Shown here in pieces: positions 60,405 to 64,000 of a DNA stretch of 64,000 nucleotides; position 1 is the first letter of the stretch, and the number at the start of each line of letters is the position of its first letter. This DNA comes from Candidatus Eiseniibacteriota bacterium. GTDB taxonomy: Bacteria > Eisenbacteria > RBG-16-71-46 > JACRLI01. The stretch spans positions 5,066 to 69,065 of the forward strand of contig JANXVU010000133.1 of the NCBI GenBank assembly GCA_025351485.1. The letters are read 5' to 3'. Under the pieces are notes generated by a model that did not search any database, was not told where the DNA came from, and saw only the letters and a list, made by a program, of their open reading frames with translations. The position numbers and the translations under genes were made by a program.

Positions 60405-60947
60405 TTGCGGTTCCAAGTTCGATATCTTCCCGTGCTCGCCGTCGTTGCCCCGCTGATTGGGCACGTCGGCGACGACAGCTCCAGCGTTTGATTTGCAGCG
60501 GAAGGCGGATTCGGGTCTTACGCCAGCATCAGCCGCGGCTGCTATGGTTATATCAAGAGCAGCGCGCGCAAGGACTTCCAATCCTACGGCATGGCCGTTG
60601 AAGCCCGCACATCCACGCACACCAACCTGAGCCTGCGTGCCGGCACCGTTTCGCTAGCTGACGGATCCACACGCATGGGTTACGTCGGACCTGCCGCCAG
60701 CCTGCGGACGGGGCCGATCGATCTCGGAGCCGGAGTTCTTTTCGGTTCCAAGTTTCCCCACTCCGATCGCTATGGTGAACCCGAACTCCCGCAGCCCAGC
60801 TTTCACATTTCTGCCCGGCTAAAGGAACAGAAAGACATATACCTCTCCCTCAGCTTCCTGGAGGGAACCGCTTCCCTGTTCGAGCACTCTCGCACCGGGA
60901 TAGGTGGGATACGAAGCTCCTATGTAATACTTCCAGACATCGGCTGA
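60405..60947 (+). pseudogene. Possible stop-interrupted gene for a beta-strand-rich (outer-membrane-barrel-like) protein
   Basis: GAGGAGG-N4-TTG at 60405 opens a frame MRFQVRYLPVLAVVAPLIGHVGDDSSSV. An in-frame TGA lies at 60489-60491. The same frame then continues FAAEGGFGSYASISRGCYGYIKSS..MAVEARTS..YLSLSFLEGTASLFEH.. to 60947. The intact part (ATG 60591-60947) has no leader of its own. The region is visibly lower in GC. Confidence 0.3.
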
Positions 60948-61250
60948 GGTGGTCTCCTTGCCCCCCACACGACGGATCCTGCCCGAGGCACGCAGACTGT
61001 CCACGCTGACCATCCGTCCGTCCTTACAGAATCCAAGATGGACTCCCCGTGAATCACAAATGTCCCCCACACGTGTTCCCCCGTCAAAGCAGATAGCCAT
61101 CGTGTCCAGGCTGCACGGACATTTGAGGTGGAGGGCATTTTCGATCAGATGGGCTTCAGCTGGGGTAACCTGCGGAACTGGAGCGGAGTGATTCTGACAT
61201 GCGGATATGGAGACGCCCAAGAGGACGAGGCACATCCATCGGGGCTTCAT
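60819..61250 (-). CDS. Small Cys-rich putative lipoprotein
   Basis: ATG at 61250 with GGAGAG upstream. MKPRWMCLVLLGVSISAC gives a lipobox-like ISAC. Six further Cys residues occur (KCPCSLDTMAICFDGG..DICDS..GFCKDG). Codon usage is atypical (lower GC3). The 3' end overlaps the convergent plus-strand ORF by 129 nt. Confidence 0.45.
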   Translation of the reverse strand: MKPRWMCLVLLGVSISACQNHSAPVPQVTPAEAHLIENALHLKCPCSLDTMAICFDGGTRVGDICDSRGVHLGFCKDGRMVSVDSLRASGRIRRVGGKETTSADVWKYYIGASYPTYPGARVLEQGSGSLQEAEGEVYVFLFL

Positions 61251-61262
61251 GAGGAGGCTCTC

Positions 61263-61802
61263 CTAATTCCCCCCCGGCCTTGACGCCCGCAAATGGTGCC
61301 GCACCCGGTGCGTCCTTACCATCTGCGCGCTCGCCGGCAGAATGCTGATGCTGCCGTCCACCTCCAGTACCGCGCTCTTCACTTCCTTCAGCATCTCGAA
61401 GCCGTGCTCGCGCATGGCCTGCTCCACCATCTCCTGGCTGACCTGCGCGACTTGTAAATGGCTCTGGATGAACTCACCGTCGTGGAAAAGCAGGATGGGA
61501 TCGCCTTCCAGCGCCCGGCGCAGGGTCTGGGATTTGCCGGTGAGGGTGTTGGTGAAGAAGTTCAGCGCCAGCAGAATGGCCGCGGCCGCCAGGCCGCCCA
61601 GGAGCGAGTTGTCCGGGCCCACCATGGCGTTCTGGACGGAGTTGGAGATCAGCAGAATCAGGACCAGGTCGAACGGAGTGAGCTGGCCCAGCTGGCGGCG
61701 GCCGGAGACGCGCACGCCGATCACGATCGCGACGTACACCGCCACGGTGCGGATCGCGATCTCCCCGAAGGGAGCATGCAGGCCCAGGGCCCCGGGACTC
61801 AG
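61263..61802 (-). CDS. DUF421 (YetF-like) membrane protein
   Basis: IAIRTVAVYVAIVIGVRVSGRRQLGQLTPFDLVLILLISNSV.., LFHDGEFIQSHL, VKSAVLEVDGSISILP. No ATG/GTG/TTG is available upstream of the conserved N-terminus. CTG at 61802 forms CTGA with the upstream stop, so the start is uncertain. Confidence 0.75.
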   Translation of the reverse strand: MSPGALGLHAPFGEIAIRTVAVYVAIVIGVRVSGRRQLGQLTPFDLVLILLISNSVQNAMVGPDNSLLGGLAAAAILLALNFFTNTLTGKSQTLRRALEGDPILLFHDGEFIQSHLQVAQVSQEMVEQAMREHGFEMLKEVKSAVLEVDGSISILPASAQMVRTHRVRHHLRASRPGGN

Positions 61803-62803
61803 AAACCTTCCTTGCGCAGGTCGGTGGTGACGAAGGCGGCCAGCAGTTTGACCGCCCCTTCCACGTCGCGCATGTCCACCATTTCCGAGACCGTGTGCAC
61901 GTAGCGGCACGGGATGGACACGCAGCCGGTGGGCACGCCGCCCCGCACGCGGTGGATGGCCGCGGCATCGGTGGTGGCGCCGTCCAGGTTCAGCACTTCC
62001 ATCTGGTGCTTAAGCTTCATCTTTCGCGCCAGGCGCACCAGCAGGTCGCGCACCTTGGGGTGGGCGATGTGGCCACCGTCCTTGACCTTGATCGCGGGGC
62101 CGTCGCCCAGCGCCACTTCCATGGGCCGGCACTCGGGCACGTCGCCGCTCATGGTCACATCCACGGACAGCGCCACGTCGGGGTTCAGCGTGTAGGCTGC
62201 GGGCATGGCGCCGCGCACTCCCACCTCTTCCTGCACGGTGAAGGCGAACGTCACGTCGTTGGGGGTCTTCTGCACCCGCCGGGCGGTCTCGATCAGCACC
62301 GCGCAGGCGACCCGGTCATCCATGGCCTTGGAAATCACCCGGTTGCCCTGGCACTCCAGGCCTCGGTCGAAGCACGCCACGTCGCCCACGTGGATTTCCT
62401 TGCGGGCGGCCGGGCCGCTCTCGTAGCCGAAGTCGATGTACAGCCGGTCGATCTTCTTGTCGTCCTTGTTTCCCCGCTCTTCTTCCATGATCACGCCCAC
62501 GCGCCCGGACTTGAGGCGCACGCGCTGGTTGGCGGCCATGTCCAGCCGCAGCCCGCCGATGTTGGAAAAGCGCGCGAAGCCGCGGGCATCGATATGGCTG
62601 AGCACCAGGCCGATCTCGTCCATGTGGGCGGCCAGCATCACGCGCGCGCCCTTGCCGGGGCGGCGAGCGTACACGTTGCCCATGGCGTCGGTGGTGATCT
62701 CCCCCACCGCGTCCTTCACGCGCCGCTTTACCAGCGCGGCCACCGCCTCCTCTTCGCCCGAGGGGCCGAAGGTGCCGCAAAGTTCCGTCAGCAGTTTGAT
62801 CAT
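61799..62803 (-). CDS. M42 family metallopeptidase (TET/FrvX-like aminopeptidase), paralogue 3
   Basis: MIKLLTELCGTFGPSGEEEAV.., AAHMDEIGL, DDRVACAVL, TVQEEVGVRGA, PCRYVHTVSE. ATGA overlap with the upstream stop. Confidence 0.9.
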   Translation of the reverse strand: MIKLLTELCGTFGPSGEEEAVAALVKRRVKDAVGEITTDAMGNVYARRPGKGARVMLAAHMDEIGLVLSHIDARGFARFSNIGGLRLDMAANQRVRLKSGRVGVIMEEERGNKDDKKIDRLYIDFGYESGPAARKEIHVGDVACFDRGLECQGNRVISKAMDDRVACAVLIETARRVQKTPNDVTFAFTVQEEVGVRGAMPAAYTLNPDVALSVDVTMSGDVPECRPMEVALGDGPAIKVKDGGHIAHPKVRDLLVRLARKMKLKHQMEVLNLDGATTDAAAIHRVRGGVPTGCVSIPCRYVHTVSEMVDMRDVEGAVKLLAAFVTTDLRKEGF

Positions 62804-63879
62804 GATTTCTCCAGGCGCGGCCCGGCGGGCCTCTTGACCCGGCCCAGGGGAGAGAGCGCGGCGCGCGCCAGCTCCAGGGCCGCCTCGATGTCCGACCGCG
62901 CGGCCAGCGCGGCGGGCGAATGAATGTATCGGCACGGCACGGACAGGCTGATGCTGCGGGCGCCGCTGCGGGCCCGGTGGAACTCGCCCGCGTCGGTGCC
63001 GCCGATGCCGGGGCGCTTTTCCTGCCACCGGATTCCGGCCTTGCCGGCCGCCTCCTCGAACAATGCGAAGATTTCGCGATCGGTGATGGTGCTGCTGTCG
63101 CGGCGCGTCAGCACCGGGCCGTCTCCCAGCCGCGGGAACGCGCCCAGGGCCTCGGAGCGTTTGGAGGGTGTGTCGGCCGCGCCGGTGCCTTCCAGCGCCA
63201 CCGCCACGTCGGGCTCGAACTTCTGGGCCGCCACGCGTGCCCCGCGCAGGCCGATCTCTTCCTGGGTGGTGAATACCGCCACGAAATCCACCGGCGAAGG
63301 CCCGGCCACCAGGGCCGCCAGGATGGCGCACCCCACGCGGTCGTCAAACGCCTTGCCGCGCACCAGGGACGGGCCCCAGCTCTCGAAGGTGGATTCGAAG
63401 GTCGCGGTGTCCCCGGGGGAGGCGATCTTGCGGGCCTCGGCCTCCGTGCTGGCGCCGACGTCCACGGTCATGTCCTCGAGCTTCACGATCTTGGCCTTGT
63501 CCTCGGCCTTGAGCAGATGCGGGGCCTTGGCTCCCAGCACGCCGGGCGCGGCGCCCGGACCCACGCGCACGCGCTTGCCCGCCAGCATCCGGTCGTCCAG
63601 GCCACCCACCTTGGCCACCCGGAACAGGCCTGACTTTTCGATCTTCATCACCATGAAACCCACTTCGTCCATGTGGGCGCCGAGCAGGATGCGGGCGCCG
63701 GCAGTCTTGCCCTTCTTTTGCACCAGGATCGAGCCCATGGCGTCCACTTCCATGGAGTCCACGTGGGGCTTCAGGAAATCTTTGAGAATCTTGCGCACCG
63801 GCCCTTCGTCGCCGGTCACGCCGCGGGCATTGGACAGGGCCTCGAACAGCGCCCACGGGAATCCGGAATTCCTGGCCAT
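62800..63879 (-). CDS. M42 family metallopeptidase, paralogue 2
   Basis: FEALSNARGVTGDEGPV.., GAHMDEVGF, FDDRVGCAIL, TTQEEIGLRGA, PCRYIHSPAA. Confidence 0.9.
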   Translation of the reverse strand: MARNSGFPWALFEALSNARGVTGDEGPVRKILKDFLKPHVDSMEVDAMGSILVQKKGKTAGARILLGAHMDEVGFMVMKIEKSGLFRVAKVGGLDDRMLAGKRVRVGPGAAPGVLGAKAPHLLKAEDKAKIVKLEDMTVDVGASTEAEARKIASPGDTATFESTFESWGPSLVRGKAFDDRVGCAILAALVAGPSPVDFVAVFTTQEEIGLRGARVAAQKFEPDVAVALEGTGAADTPSKRSEALGAFPRLGDGPVLTRRDSSTITDREIFALFEEAAGKAGIRWQEKRPGIGGTDAGEFHRARSGARSISLSVPCRYIHSPAALAARSDIEAALELARAALSPLGRVKRPAGPRLEKS

Positions 63880-64000
63880 CAATCTTCTCCCCGGGTGACG
63901 CCGCGCTCCAGGCGCACCACGAACCGGGCCAGCAGGCGGGCCACCTTTTCCAGGTCGGCCAGGCACAGGGTTTCGACGGCGCTGTGCATGTAGCGGAGCG
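63879..64000 (-). CDS. M42 family metallopeptidase, paralogue 1 (C-terminal fragment; gene starts outside the window)
   Basis: Minus-strand translation ..RYMHSAVETLCLADLEKVARLLARFVVRLERGVTRGED-stop. The stop shares one nt with the next ATG (TGATG). Confidence 0.75.
   Translation of the reverse strand, partial: LRYMHSAVETLCLADLEKVARLLARFVVRLERGVTRGED

Noticed and set aside
60489-60491. In-frame TGA as selenocysteine or reassigned codon
   Set aside because: TGA is clearly the dominant functional stop throughout the window, including in many stop/start overlaps. I see no convincing SECIS-like hairpin immediately downstream. A pseudogene or a sequencing error is more parsimonious, although read-through cannot be formally excluded.

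Overview
Very GC-rich bacterial chromosomal segment. Third codon positions are almost uniformly G/C, so every frame carries long shadow ORFs. I therefore called genes from recognisable motifs, start/Shine-Dalgarno context and stop/start junctions, not from ORF length. No searches or computations were run; family names are motif recognition by eye. I support about 55 protein genes (mostly on the minus strand), one tRNA-Lys(UUU), one FMN riboswitch, several intrinsic terminators and a few sigma70-like or ECF-like promoters.

Content from left to right:
- 1-20.3 kb: a 16-gene co-directional glycosylation operon with three different GT-C membrane glycosyltransferases (YfhO, ArnT/PMT-like, DUF2723+TPR), two polyprenyl-phosphate sugar synthases, two candidate flippases, GT4/GT2 transferases, two methyltransferases, an AsnB-type amidotransferase and a kinase/nucleotidyltransferase pair.
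- A divergent GT4, then a DUF2330 / RnfD-NqrB-like membrane pair.
- A riboswitch-controlled ribD-ribE-ribBA-ribH-nusB-phosphoesterase operon.
- A probably leaderless, signal-less subtilase.
- HDOD, ECF sigma / anti-sigma / EamA, SppA with an unusual N-terminal extension, YchF and an HDOD-GAF pair.
- A beta-CASP RNase, DUF885 + BshB1-like deacetylase, and a tricorn-type protease.
- An EVE-purA-serA-aminotransferase-HAD operon.
- A 904-aa T9SS-tail surface protein with dockerin-like repeats.
- A homocysteine methyltransferase/MTHFR fusion and a heterodimeric ABC exporter.
- A short, visibly lower-GC islet with a stop-interrupted ORF and a Cys-rich lipoprotein.
- DUF421, then three tandem M42 peptidases.

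No CRISPR array, transposase, integrase or phage gene was seen. The T9SS-type C-terminal domain, tricorn protease and DUF2723 hint at an uncultivated FCB-group-like diderm; this is inference only. The best candidate for an undescribed system is the triple GT-C glycosylation operon.
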